64,000 bases of DNA from an uncultured Planctomycetota bacterium (GTDB lineage: Bacteria; Planctomycetota; Planctomycetia; Isosphaerales; Isosphaeraceae), in NCBI GenBank assembly GCA_963823665.1, contig CAWGMQ010000005.1, positions 544,001-608,000 on the forward strand. The letters are read 5' to 3'. Positions 53,213 through 64,000 of this stretch are shown here, piece by piece. Made by a program: the position numbers and the translations under genes. Each line of letters begins with the position of its first letter. Within the stretch, counting starts at the first letter, position 1. The notes below the pieces were generated by a model. It had not been told where the DNA came from. It searched no databases and worked only from the letters and a program-made list of their open reading frames with translations.

Positions 53213-54262
53213 ATGCGCGTCGTCAGTTCCTTGGCCGTGATCATGGCGGTCGTCGCGGCGAGGTCGACATCGGCCCCGGCCCAGGATCCGCCTAGAGTCG
53301 AATCATCGCGTGAGGCGCCCCACCGCTCACCGGCGAAGCTCGATGGAGACGTCGCGCGGCTATTTCGATACGAGCCGACGGGTCTCTCCCTGACCCGGTC
53401 CTACGAGCGTGGCAAGATACCCGTACTCTTCATCCACGGGCTCTGGGCCAACCCGTCTTCGTGGTCCCTGATGATCGAAAGCCTGGAGGCCGATCCGGCG
53501 CTCGCCGACCGGTTTCAGTTCTGGACGTACGGCTACTCGACGGGCGACCCGATCCCCTATTCGGCTTCACTCTTGCGGCACAACCTGGACGAAGCGCGCC
53601 GGAAGTTCGACCCTGACGGCTCGGATGGGGCGTACGACCGGATGGTCCTGGTGGGTCACAGCATGGGCGGGCTGCTGAGCAAGATGATGGTCCAGGAGAG
53701 CGGCACGCACTTGTGGCAGGTAGTCAGCGACCGGCCCGTCGACGAGCTCGCAGGCGACCCGGTCGATCGCGACATCTTGCTCCACGCGCTGATCTTCAAG
53801 CCGCGAGCGGAGGTCCGTCGCGTAATCTTCATCAGCACGCCCCACCGTGGCAGCCGTCTCGATTCCGGCGGACTGGGGCACCTTGGCTCGCGGCTCGTTC
53901 GCCTCCCCGACCCGCTCCGGGCGTCGTACAGCCGGCTCATCGCCCGCAATGGACCAAACTTCTTCCACCCGTTCTTCCGCAAGAGCCTGCCCACCAGCGT
54001 CGACGAGCTCGAGTGGCAATCGCGCTTCCTCATGGGGTTGGATGCCACCCGACGCGCTGCGACGATCGAGGCCCATTCCATTATCGCAGACCGGCGCGAC
54101 CCTCCCCTGGCTGGCGGTACCGACGGTCTGGTCCCCTACGAAAGCGCGCATCTCGACGGCACGGCTTCCGAGTTTCTCGTGTCTTCGGGCCACCTGTGCC
54201 AGGAAAATCCCGCCGTGATCCGCGAGGTTCGGCGGATTCTCGTGGAGCACGGCGCCCGGTGA
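53213..54262 (+). CDS. Secreted esterase/lipase-family alpha/beta hydrolase
   Basis: Signal-like N-terminus, KIPVLFIHGL, GHSMGG, STPHRGS, DGLVPYESAH, SGH. Confidence 0.85.
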   Translation: MRVVSSLAVIMAVVAARSTSAPAQDPPRVESSREAPHRSPAKLDGDVARLFRYEPTGLSLTRSYERGKIPVLFIHGLWANPSSWSLMIESLEADPALADRFQFWTYGYSTGDPIPYSASLLRHNLDEARRKFDPDGSDGAYDRMVLVGHSMGGLLSKMMVQESGTHLWQVVSDRPVDELAGDPVDRDILLHALIFKPRAEVRRVIFISTPHRGSRLDSGGLGHLGSRLVRLPDPLRASYSRLIARNGPNFFHPFFRKSLPTSVDELEWQSRFLMGLDATRRAATIEAHSIIADRRDPPLAGGTDGLVPYESAHLDGTASEFLVSSGHLCQENPAVIREVRRILVEHGAR

Positions 54263-54305
54263 TCGCCGACCGGGCGAACGGAAGGTTCCCGGGTTCCCTC
54301 CGGGG

Positions 54306-54497
54306 GTGATCTGGCCGCGGGTCGTGTTGATCATCGGACTCTGGTCGCTGGAAAACCTCCGCCAGCAGCAGGCGGTTTCACGGGCCTACTTCGACGCATT
54401 CTGGCTCTTCGCCGTGCTGGCCATCGCCCTGCTCACCCTCGTCCTCCTCATGAAGCCCTCCGCCGCCGAAAAAGGGGCCCAGACCTTGGCCGAGTAG
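54306..54497 (+). pseudogene. Third emrB remnant made of two fused C-terminal pieces
   Basis: VIWPRVVLIIGL joined to SLENLRQQQAVSRAYFDAFW...MKPSAAEKG; these are about 95 aa apart in the full copy. Confidence 0.85.
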
Positions 54498-54613
54498 GAG
54501 CGTGAGTCAGGCAGAAGTTCCGACCCCCTGCGCGGGGGGACGCACTGAGGTTCTCGATGGCCGAGTCTCCGACCGTCAGGCTGCGGTTGGCTCCGTCCCT
54601 TACGCTCCCGGGG

Positions 54614-57600
54614 TCACACCAGCGACTTCTTCGTAAGCTTGGGCGGCGTTGCACTGTTCGCCAGGAAGTCGGGATCGCCGCTGTAGACAATCTTCAGCGT
54701 CTGGTTCAACACCGCGTTGGTCTTGATCGTGAGCGTGGCCGCGCCACCGCTCACGGCCGCTGTCCCCAGGGTCTCTAGCTGAGTCTTCTTCCCGTGCTTC
54801 TTGACTAGCTCAAACATCACGTGGCCACTCGGCACGCCTCTGCCCGGGGCCGCCGGCTCGATCTCCGCGCTCAGCTCGATCGCTTTGAGCGCCTTCTTTC
54901 CCTGGAGAACGGGGCTCGGAACCAGCACAATCGCGGTCGCTGCTTGGCGAACTGACTCAATGGTCGCGCGCGAGGACGCGCCCAGCAATCCGGCCACGCC
55001 GTTGTACGTCGCCGTGATCGCATGCGAACCCACGGCCAGGCTGGCGACGCTCATCGCCGCCTCTCCGGAACCGTTGATTGCGACCGTGGTCAGTGGACTG
55101 GCGCCGTCGAAAAACGTGACCGTACCGCGGGGCGCCCCGGCAGACGAGCTCAACGTCGCGACGAAGGTGATGGACTGGCCGTAGACGGCCGTGGTCGATG
55201 AAGACTCAAGCGCGATCGTGGTGGCGATCGGTGTGATCACGAAGGTCGTGGGCGGCGACTGGCTCGCCGCATAATCGGCGCTTCCGGGGAAGCTCGCCAC
55301 GACGGTATAAGTCCCGACGGCTGAAGGTGCCGCCGAGCCCAGTTCCGTTGCCGAATTGCCCGATCCGGCGTAATACGTCAAACTCGGCGTGACACCTTCC
55401 AGGCTCTGGGCCGCTGGACCATCGGCACCCGTCACCGTGGCCATTGCCGCGATCGGCGCGCCGGTGTAGCTCCCGCCCGGTGCGCTGACGGTCATTGTGG
55501 GCGTGGCCCGGGTGATGCTCTCGTAGCTGCCGGTGAAGTGGATCGCGTAGTTGCTGGCCGTGAGAGTCCCCAGGGTGATCGCATATGGTCCGCCGGATAC
55601 GGTTTCGCCGGCAGCCCGTGCGAGATGCCCAGTGAAGGCCGTCGTCGCGGTGTCGTCGATGGTCACCCCGTCCACCGTTCTGTCGACCAAACCCATGACG
55701 ATGTCCGTCAAGCTGGGATCGCCCGTGCCGTAGACCTTGATCTGGGGGTTGGCCGTAACCGTCAACGACGCCTGGGTGATCGTCAGCGTGCTGCTGGTGA
55801 AGCGCATCGTGTAGTTATTGTCGACGGTCAGCGTCCCGTGGGTGATCGCGAACTGGCCGGCTTGCTCGCCGGACATGGTGCCCGCCTGGGCGCGCGACAC
55901 GTTGCCGGTGAGGACGGACGCAGCCGTGTCGTCGATGCTCACGCCATCCACCGTTGTGTCGACCAAGCCGGTCACGGCGTCGGTCAGAGCAGGATCGTTG
56001 GTGCCGTAGACCTTGGTCTGGGGATTGGCCGCGACGGTCAAGGTTGCCGGGGTGATCATCAGCGTGCTGCCAGTGAAGCGCATCGTGTAACTACTGTCGG
56101 CAGTCAGCGTCCCCTGGCTGATCGCATATTGCCCCGTCTGCTCTCCGGCCAGCGTGCCCGCCTGGGCGCGACTCAGGCTGCCGGTCAGGACGGAGGCAAC
56201 GGTGTCGTCGATGGCGACGCCGTCCACCGTTGTATCGACCAAGCCGGTCACGCCGTCGGTCACGGTAGGATCGGCCGTGCCGTAAGCCTTGCTCACGGAA
56301 TTCGCCGTCACGGTCAAGGTCGCCGGGGTGATCATCAGAGTGCTGCCGGTGAACGCGATCGCGTAGTCGCCGTTCGCCGCCAGCGTCCCCTGGGTGATCG
56401 CATAGCCGCCGGCCTGCTCCCCGGCCAGCGTGCCCGCCTGCGCGCGAGTCAGGCTGCCGGCCAACAAGGAAGCGGCGGTGTCGTCAATGGGCACACCGTC
56501 CACCGTGGTATTGATCAAGCCGGTGACGCCGTCGGTCAAGGTAGGATCGTCGGTGCCATAAGCCTTGGTCTGCGGATTGGCCGTGACGGCGAGCACCGCC
56601 GGGGTGATCATCATCGTGCTGCCAGTGAAGGCCATCGCGTAGTCGCTGTTCGCCGACAGTGTCCCCTGGGTGATCGCATAGCCGCCGGTCTGCTCGCCGG
56701 CCAGCGTGCCCGCCTGCGCGCGCGTCAGGCTGCCGGTCAGGACGGATGCAGCGCTGTCGTCGATGGCCACGCCGTCCACCGTGGTATCGACCAGGCCGGT
56801 CACGCCGTCGGTCAAGGTAGGATCGGCCGTGCCGTAAGCCTTGGTCTGCGGATTGGCCGTCACGGTCAAGGTCGCCGGGGTGATCATCATCGTGCTGCCA
56901 GTGAAGGCGATCGCGTAGTCGCTATTCGCCAACAGTGTCCCCTGGGTGATCGCATAGGGGCCGGTCTGCTCCCCGGCCAGCGTGCCCGCCCCGGCGCGCG
57001 TCAGGCTGCCGGTCAGGGCGGAGGCTGCGCTGTCGTCGATGGTCACGCCGTCCACCGTGTTATTGACCAACCCGGTCACGCCGCAGGTCAACGTAGGATC
57101 ATCCATGCCGTAAGCCTTGATTTGCGGATCGGCCGTGACGGTCAACGTCGCCGGGGTGATCATCATCGTGCTGCCAGTGAAGGCGATCGCGTAGTCGCTG
57201 TTCGCCGACAGTGTCCCCTGGGTGATCGCATAGCCGCCGGCCTGCTCGCCAGCCGGCGTGCCCGCCTGGGCGCGCGTCACCCTGCCGGTCAGGACGGAAG
57301 CAGCAGTGTCGTCGATGGCCACGCCGTCCACCGTGGTATTGACCAAGCCGGTCACGCCGTCGGTCAAGGTTGGATCGGCCGTGCCGTAAACCTTGGTCTG
57401 TGGATTGACCGTGACGGCGAGCACCGCCGGGGTGATTGTCAGGATGTTCCCAGTGAAGATAATCGCGTAATTGCTGTCGGCGACCAGCGTCCCCTGGGTG
57501 ATCGCATAGCCGCCGGCCTGCTCGCCGGCCAGGATGCCCGCCTCGGCCCGGGCCAGCGCCCCGGAGAGAACCGTCGCGGCGTTGTCGGAGAACTCAAAGC

Positions 57601-60600
57601 CCGTGGCGGTGTACTGAAGCGCCGGGTCGGCGGTGGCGTAGAACTTCTGCTCAGCGTCGGCCCTGACAGCGAGCGTCGCAGGGGTGATCGTCACACTGCT
57701 CGATGTCGTGGCGGACGCGAAGATCCTGTCGCTCGTAAAGGAGTACGTGACCGTGTAAGGCGAATCAGACACGTTGGGCCCGGAACCGTCGAAGCTGAAC
57801 GTGGTGGAAAAGGTCCCCGACGAACCGATGACGGCCTGTCGAGTGACCCCGTCGAGAGTGACCGCGACGTCCTCTCCGTTCGGGGCTTGCGTGCCATCGG
57901 CCAGGGTTCCGGAGACGGTCGCACTCGAAGTACCGAAGCGAATACTCTGCGAGACGACTCCCGAGAACGCGAGCGAGATGAGGTTGTCCAGGCTGAAGCT
58001 GACCGGTGATCTCGCACCAGCACTGGACGCAGTCGCTGTGTAAGGGCCGGCGACGGTGTTGGCCGTGGCCGTCACCTGCGCGATCCCGCCGGACCCAATG
58101 ATTGCGGTTGCGGCGGAGAGGCTGGCCGATGCGCCGTTCTGGGCCGGATTCACGGTGAAGCTCACGATCCCGTCGGCCACGGGCTCGATGGGGTTGATCG
58201 CCGTGACGGTGACGGCCAGCGGATTGGCGAACGCGGTGTCGATGATCGTCGCCTGAGGCGTGCTGCCGGCGACAGCGGTGAGTATGAACCCTTGACTCTG
58301 GAAGGCGCCGATATCGACGCTCGCGGCCAGGGGCTCGCCGCGCTGGTCGGTCGCAAGCCCGGCGATCACAGTCCCCTTGCCCAGGGCGGCGCTGCCCGGG
58401 AGCAACGGCATGGTCGGAGTTGGGCCGCCATAGTTGCCCAGCGGGGCCAGGTCCAGGCTCGCGAGATCGGTCAGGATAATGTTACCCTCGCCGCCGGCAA
58501 GGCCGCCGCTGCCCCCAGTCCCAACGAGATCGTACGTGCCGGTCACACCGGAAGCATTGTCACCGCTGATGTCACTGGCAGAGCCGCCCGGTTCCAAGTT
58601 CGCGGCGATGATCGTGTCTTCGAGTGTGGCGCTGCCACCGGCCGCGTTATCGATTCCGCCGCCAACGGCCGCCGTGTTATTGGCGATCGTGCAGGCAGTC
58701 AGATAGGCGGTGGCGGCATTATAGACCCCACCGCCGGCGCTCGCGGTGTTTCCGCTGACGGTGCAGTTGGTGACTGTGGTCGTGGCGCGTTCGGTGATGC
58801 CCACCGCGCCCTCATCGGCCGCGGTGCTGGGACCTGCGGCGAGGAACAGGCCGCCGCCGATCGCTGCGGTGTTGCCGGTCACAGTCACGCCGCTGAGCGT
58901 GAGCGTGCCCCCATCGTCATAGAGCCCGCCGCCATTCCCGGTGGTCGATCCCCCGGTGATGGTCAGGCCGCTGAGGCTGGCCGTCACGCCGTTATCCACC
59001 TGGAAGACCCGCACGGCGTCGTCGCCGCTGATCGTCACGCCCGCCGCAGGGCCGGTGATCGACTCCGCCGCGGCCCTGCCAGCCAGTTCCAGCGTGCCCA
59101 GGCTCGGGGAGAGCATGATGGTCTGCGCCGTCGCGAACGCACCTGCGGTATCGAAAACCACCGTGTTGGCCGCGGGATTGGCGAGACTGGCCGGGTTCGC
59201 GTTGGTGCTGATATTGGCCCAGGAGAGCCCTGCGCGGAGCGAGCCTGTGTCGTGGTTGTCGACGATGCTAGTGACCAGATACGACGAGCTGGCCTCGTAG
59301 GCCCCGATATCGGCGGTGGCGCCGGAGTCAAGCCCCGCCAAGCCGCGCAGCGCCCCGCGCTGGTCGATCTCGGGAATCAGCAGACCGGGGATGGAATTTG
59401 ACCCGGCGTCGATGGCCGGGCTGCCAGCCAGCAGGGCCATGGTCTGGGTCGGCCCGCCGTCATTGGCCAAGGGTGCCAGCCGAGCGCTCGAACGGCGCGG
59501 CAACGGTTCCGGTCAGGTCGAGGCCGACCCATCCCGTGCTGCCGTCGGTCTCGCCAACCAGGTTATAACCCTGGGAGCCGAAGGTTCCGAACGCATCGGG
59601 TCCGGCCATGGTGGCCGAGTTGCCGGCTACGATCGTGTTGCCGAGGGTCGGCGCCCCGGCCGGGTCGTACAGCCCACCCCCCTTCGCAGCCGTGTTGCCG
59701 CTGACGGTGCAGTTGGTGATCGTCGTCGTGCCGCGCTCCTCGATGATTTCATTGCCGGAGGTCGCCTCGGGCTGCGCGATTGCGAGGCCCCCGCCACTCG
59801 CCGCGGTGTTCCCGCTTACGGTCACATTGGTGAGCGTGAGCGTGCCGCCGTCGTTGTAGATGCCGCCGCCGGAGGCGGTCGCGGAGTCGCCGTCGAGCGT
59901 ACAGTCGACGAGGATGGCCGTGCTCGTCGTACCCAGGTACAGGCCGCCGCCGCCCCGGCTGACGTTGCCGCTGATGGTGCAGTCGGTGAGCGAAATGATG
60001 CCCCCCGCCGCGATCGACACGCCGCCGCCGAGCCCGGCGGAGTTACCGCTCAAGGTACAGTCAGTGAGCGTGACCGTGCCTGCGCCCAAGAGACCGCCGC
60101 CATTCCCGGTGGTCGAGCCGCCTGAGATCGTGAGTCCGCTGAGGGAGGCCGTCACGCCGCTCTCAACCTGGAAGACGCCGACGGTCCCGTCGCCGTTGAT
60201 CGTTACGCCGACCGCCGGGCCCTGGATCGCGATCGCCGTCGCCGTACCGGACAGCTCGAGCGTGCCGAGGGCTCCCGAGAGAGTGATTGTCTGTGGCGTG
60301 GCGAAGGCACCCGACGTGTCGAAGACAATGGTATTGGGTGCGGGGTCCGCGATGTTGGCCGGGTTCGAGTTGGTGCTGATATTGGCCCAGCCAATCGCGG
60401 CGCGGAGGGTGCCGGCATCGGGCGAGTCCGCTAGACTGGTGACCAGGTACGATGAGCTGGCCTCGTAGGCGCCGATGTCGGGGGCGGGCCCGGCGTTGAG
60501 CCCGGCCGGCCCGCGCAGCGCCCCGCGCTGGTCGGTCGCGGGGATGGTGATGCCCGCGATGGAATCACTCCCCGCATCGATGGCGGGGCTGCCGGGCAAG

Positions 60601-63221
60601 AGGGCCCTGGTCTGGGTCGGGCCGCCGTTGTTGCCCAGCGGGGCCAGGCCCAGGCCGGTGAGGCTGGTCAGGACGATGTTGCCGTCCACGCCGTTGGTCA
60701 GCCCGCCCGAGCCGCCGGGGCCGACCAAGTTATTGTTGCCCGAGACGGTGGTGCTACCGCCCACGTCGCTGGCGCCCAAGGGATTCGTGTTGCCGGCGAC
60801 GATGGTATCTGTCAGGTTGACCGTGCCAAACCCGTTGTACACGCCGGCGTTCCAGGCATAGATAGCGGGGTATCTACCGGGGTAGCCCCCGCCGTAGATG
60901 CCGTAGGTGGTCTGAAAGCTGAGCGAGGTGTTGCCGCTGACGGTGCAGGCGACGAGGGTGCTTGTGCCGCCGTAGTTGGCCACACCGCCGCCGTTGTAAC
61001 CGCTGGAGTTGCCGGTGACGGTGCAGTCCGTCAGCGTCAAGTCGCCCGAGCCGGAATTGTACACGCCGCCGCCTTCGTCTGCGTCGTTGTCGCTGAGCGT
61101 ACAGCCGGTGAGGCTGGCCGTCCCGGTGTTGCATACGGCGCCGCCTTTGAGGTCGGCGGCGCCGGAGTTGCCGCTCAAGGTGCAGTCGGTCAGGGTCAGG
61201 TCGGCCGCGCTGGAATTGAACACGGCGCCGCCCGAGGCGTTGAGGCCGTAGGGGTAAGTGCCTGCGTTGGGGGTGGTGTTGCCGCTCAAGGTACACGCGG
61301 TGAGCGTCGCCGTCCCGTAGTTCACGAGACCGGCGCCCGCGCCGGGGACAGAGCCGTCGGAGATGGTCACGCCGAAAATCGAGGCGGTCACACCAGAATC
61401 GACCTGAAAGACGCGGCTGGTCCCGCCGCCGCTGATCGTCAACCCCGCGGCCGGCCCAGTGATCGTCTCCGTCCCTCCGGTGAATTCCAGCTCGAGCTGA
61501 CTACCGGAGAGCGTGATCGTCTGGGGCGTGCTGAACAGTGTGGGGTCGAAGCTGATGTTTGCGTTTCCCAGATCGACGTTGGCGAATTGCACGGCCTCAG
61601 GCAGGCTCAAGAGACCAGCTCCCGGGAGGAGAGAACCGCTGGTCGTATTCACGATCAGTTGATCGAAGGCCGGGCCGATGTTCGTAAGATCGAAGGTGGC
61701 TGGTGATGCGCCCGAGGTCGCCGCTGTGACTGTGTACGATCCATCCATGTTGTTGGGAATAGCGCTGACGCTCACCTGGCCGCCGGCTATGACGACCGAG
61801 CTAGCGGATAACAGCGCCGATGCACCACTGGTCTCTGGAGGGGCGGCGAAGGTGACGACGACGCCGTCCACCGGCTCGACCGGGTTGTTCGCCGTGATGG
61901 AGAGGGCAAGCGGATTGGAGAAAGCGGTGCTGATGGCCGCCGTCTGCGGGGTGCTGCCGGCAGCCACAGAGAGCGTGAACCCCTGGCTCTGGAAGGCGCC
62001 GATATCAGGGTTGGGTGTGTCCAAGGGCTCGCCACGCTGATCGGTGGTGACGCCGGCGACTGCGTTTCCCGCGCCCAAGGCGGGGCTCCCGGGGAGGAGG
62101 GGAATCGTTTCGGTCGGCCCCCCATAGTTGCCCAGGGACCCCATCCCCGGGTTGGACACGCCGACAAGATTGCCGTTTCCCCCATTCAACAGCCCGACCG
62201 CGCCGGTTCCGATCAGATTATTGCTGCCCGAGACGTCGCTGGTACCGCTCAAGTCACTGTTGCCATTGCCGGCAACGATCGTGCCGGTCAGGTTGGCCGT
62301 GCCGTAGGTGGCCATACCGGCGCCGACGCCGTCGATATAGCCATTCACGTAGTTCCCGCTCAAGGTGCAGTCGTTCAGGGTCAACTTGGCCGTGCCGGAA
62401 TTGTAAAGGCCGCCGCCGCTGCTGCCATAGGCGTAGTTGCCGCTCAAGGTGCAGTCGGTCATGGTCAGATTGGCACCGCCGGAATTGAACACGCCGCCGC
62501 CGTGCTTGCCGGTGTTGCCGCTGACAGTGCAGTCAGTGAGCGTCGCCGTGCCGTAGTTCGCCATACCGCCGCCATTGCCGGAGAAGGTCAAGCCGTCCGA
62601 GATGGTCAGGCCAGAGATCGAGGCGGTCACACCAGGGTCGACCTGAAAGACGCGAATTTGCCGGAGGATGTTCCCGCCGCCGCTGACGGTCAGGCCCGCG
62701 GCCGGCCCGGCGATCGAGATGGTGCCCGTCGTCCCGCTCAACTCGAGCATGCCGGCCGTCAACGTGATCGTCTGCGGCGAGGAGAAGACCGTGGGGTCGA
62801 ACACGATCTCGCTTCCGGCCGTGTTCGAATTGGCGTTCGCCAGGGAGATGACGTAAGGCAGCGTGCCCGACGTGCCCGAACCCGAGGTGCCACTCCCGGT
62901 GGAATTGACCGTGAATATCGTCGGCGAGAGCACCACGCGCCGCTCGAGCAACTCAAGCCGGGGCTGAAGACTCGTCGGCCCGGCCTTGCGCCTCGGATGA
63001 CATCGGGTCCATCGAGGAAGGTCCCAGAGACGATAGCCGTGCGGCCGAAGAGCCTGATGGTGGACGCCCATGGGAACGATCCTCCGGCGCCAGGAAGCGA
63101 GCCAGTCGCCCTCCATCTGGACGGGCGTCGAGCCGACGTCGGCGAGGAGTCCAGGTTCACGACCGCGGCGACGACCCCACCCCAGGATTCGACTCGCACG
63201 TGACTGCTGTTCCCTCACCAT
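54614..63221 (-). CDS. Giant secreted repeat protein/adhesin (~2,870 aa): beta-helix blocks, choice-of-anchor-Q-like, MBG-like and Ig-like domains; indel near 59490
   Basis: LELLERRVVLS leader, GGG..N/TLTDCTLSGN repeats, LGNYGGPT...GSPA...DQRG...DIGA blocks, ITPATLTVTAN...KAYG repeats, YGQSITFVAT...GTVTF. Start uncertain. Confidence 0.88.
55517..57688 (-). repeat. Eight tandem MBG-like units: six of 276 bp flanked by 252- and 264-bp units
   Basis: Anchor TGAT recurs at 55513, 55777, 56053, 56329, 56605, 56881, 57157, 57433, 57685. Confidence 0.9.
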
Positions 63222-63243
63222 CTCCTTCTACGTGGATTTCGCG

Positions 63244-63262
63244 GAAACCTGTCATCGGTTTC
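63244..63262. promoter_or_regulatory. Inverted repeat GAAACC-N7-GGTTTC between divergent adhesin and ECF genes
   Basis: gGAAACCtgtcatcGGTTTCt in the ~110-bp intergenic region. Confidence 0.35.
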
Positions 63263-63332
63263 TCGTTCTCTGTAGACTATCATGCTAAGGCCGTAGCGCA
63301 TTGATCCGCAAGAGCAAGCAGGGAGCGTCCTT

Positions 63333-64000
63333 ATGGGCCCCGATCACAAGCCGGGCCGGACGGCGACTTCGATATTCCCGATGACTCATTGGAGTCTCGT
63401 CGTCCGGGCCGGTGCGCCGGGATCGCCCCAGTGTCGCGCTGCCCTGGAGGAACTCTGCTCGGTGTACTGGTATCCCCTTTACGCCTTCATTCGCCGCAAG
63501 GGGAACCCGCCGGATCGAGCACTCGATCTGACGCAGGATTTCTTCGCGCGACTGCTTGAAGAAGAACTGCTCCTCACCGTCGATCGGCGCAGGGGCCACT
63601 TTCGCGGGTTCCTCCAGGTCGCCTGCAAGAACTTCCTGATTGATGCGTGGAGGCAGGATCGCGAAGTCTCGACCAACGCGATCCCGATCGATGGGATAGC
63701 GGCCGAGGGCCGCTACGTGATCGAGCCGGCTGACAACATGACCCCGGAGCGCCTGTTCGATCGCGCCTGGGCCTTGACCCTGCTCGACCGTGTGCTGAGC
63801 CTCCTGGGCGCCGAGTACACCGCGTCCGGTCGAGCCGAGCTCTTCGACCAGTTGAACGTTGTCCTGATCGAAGGTAAGGGGGCGGTGAGGGCGGCGGAGC
63901 TGGCGGCGCGGCTCGGGATGTCCGTGGATGCGGTCCACAGCGCGAGCCACCGGCTGCGCAAACGCTACCGCGAGATCCTCCAGGAACAGATCGCCGCCAC
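63333..64000 (+). CDS. ECF sigma-70 factor (PVC-type), 3' end runs off the window
   Basis: Not in the ORF track. Hand translation: FPMTHWSLVVRAG...ALEELCSVYWYPLYAFIRRKG...LDLTQDFFARLLE...GHFRGFL...PERLFDRAWA...ELAARLGMSVDAVHSASHRLRKRYRE. Confidence 0.9.
   Translation, partial: MGPDHKPGRTATSIFPMTHWSLVVRAGAPGSPQCRAALEELCSVYWYPLYAFIRRKGNPPDRALDLTQDFFARLLEEELLLTVDRRRGHFRGFLQVACKNFLIDAWRQDREVSTNAIPIDGIAAEGRYVIEPADNMTPERLFDRAWALTLLDRVLSLLGAEYTASGRAELFDQLNVVLIEGKGAVRAAELAARLGMSVDAVHSASHRLRKRYREILQEQIAA

Noticed and set aside
31324..54497. Integrative or transposable element carrying the island
   Set aside because: No integrase, transposase, tRNA target or flanking direct repeats found.
55517..57688. 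CRISPR-like periodicity
   Set aside because: Units are 276-bp in-frame coding repeats without unique spacers; no cas genes.
63285..63950. 221-aa minus-strand ORF
   Set aside because: Antisense to the ECF sigma factor starting at 63333.
1..64000. Selenoprotein UGA read-through explaining split genes
   Set aside because: The splits are frame changes, not in-frame TGA codons at Cys-equivalent positions.

Overview
GC-rich bacterial window with Planctomycetota (Isosphaeraceae-like) hallmarks: a DUF1549/1553 + DUF1501 pair, LExRxLL-leader secreted proteins, ECF sigma factors paired with Ser/Thr kinases, and Uma2. The left half (1-31 kb) holds a Zn-metalloprotease, ankyrin/CHAT/DUF900 genes, a MatB/MatC-like + aminotransferase + FAD/Fe-S oxidoreductase operon, an orphan selB, a vapBC-type TA pair and a BSP peptidase. 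The 31.3-54.5 kb region is a mosaic of duplicated modules: two inverted EmrAB pairs plus a third remnant, two ECF/kinase units (WD40 vs TPR C-termini), paralogous alpha/beta hydrolases, ALDH, SDR and transketolase. It carries a 20-bp motif GTGTCCCC-N5-ACTCTCA three times and several genes reduced by internal deletions. The window ends with a ~2,870-aa repeat adhesin divergent from a third ECF. A 27-bp palindrome occurs once intergenically and once in frame inside a gene. About 12 apparent small frameshifts are most simply read or assembly errors. No rRNA, tRNA, CRISPR array or transposase was seen. All family assignments come from motif recognition by eye, not from database searches.
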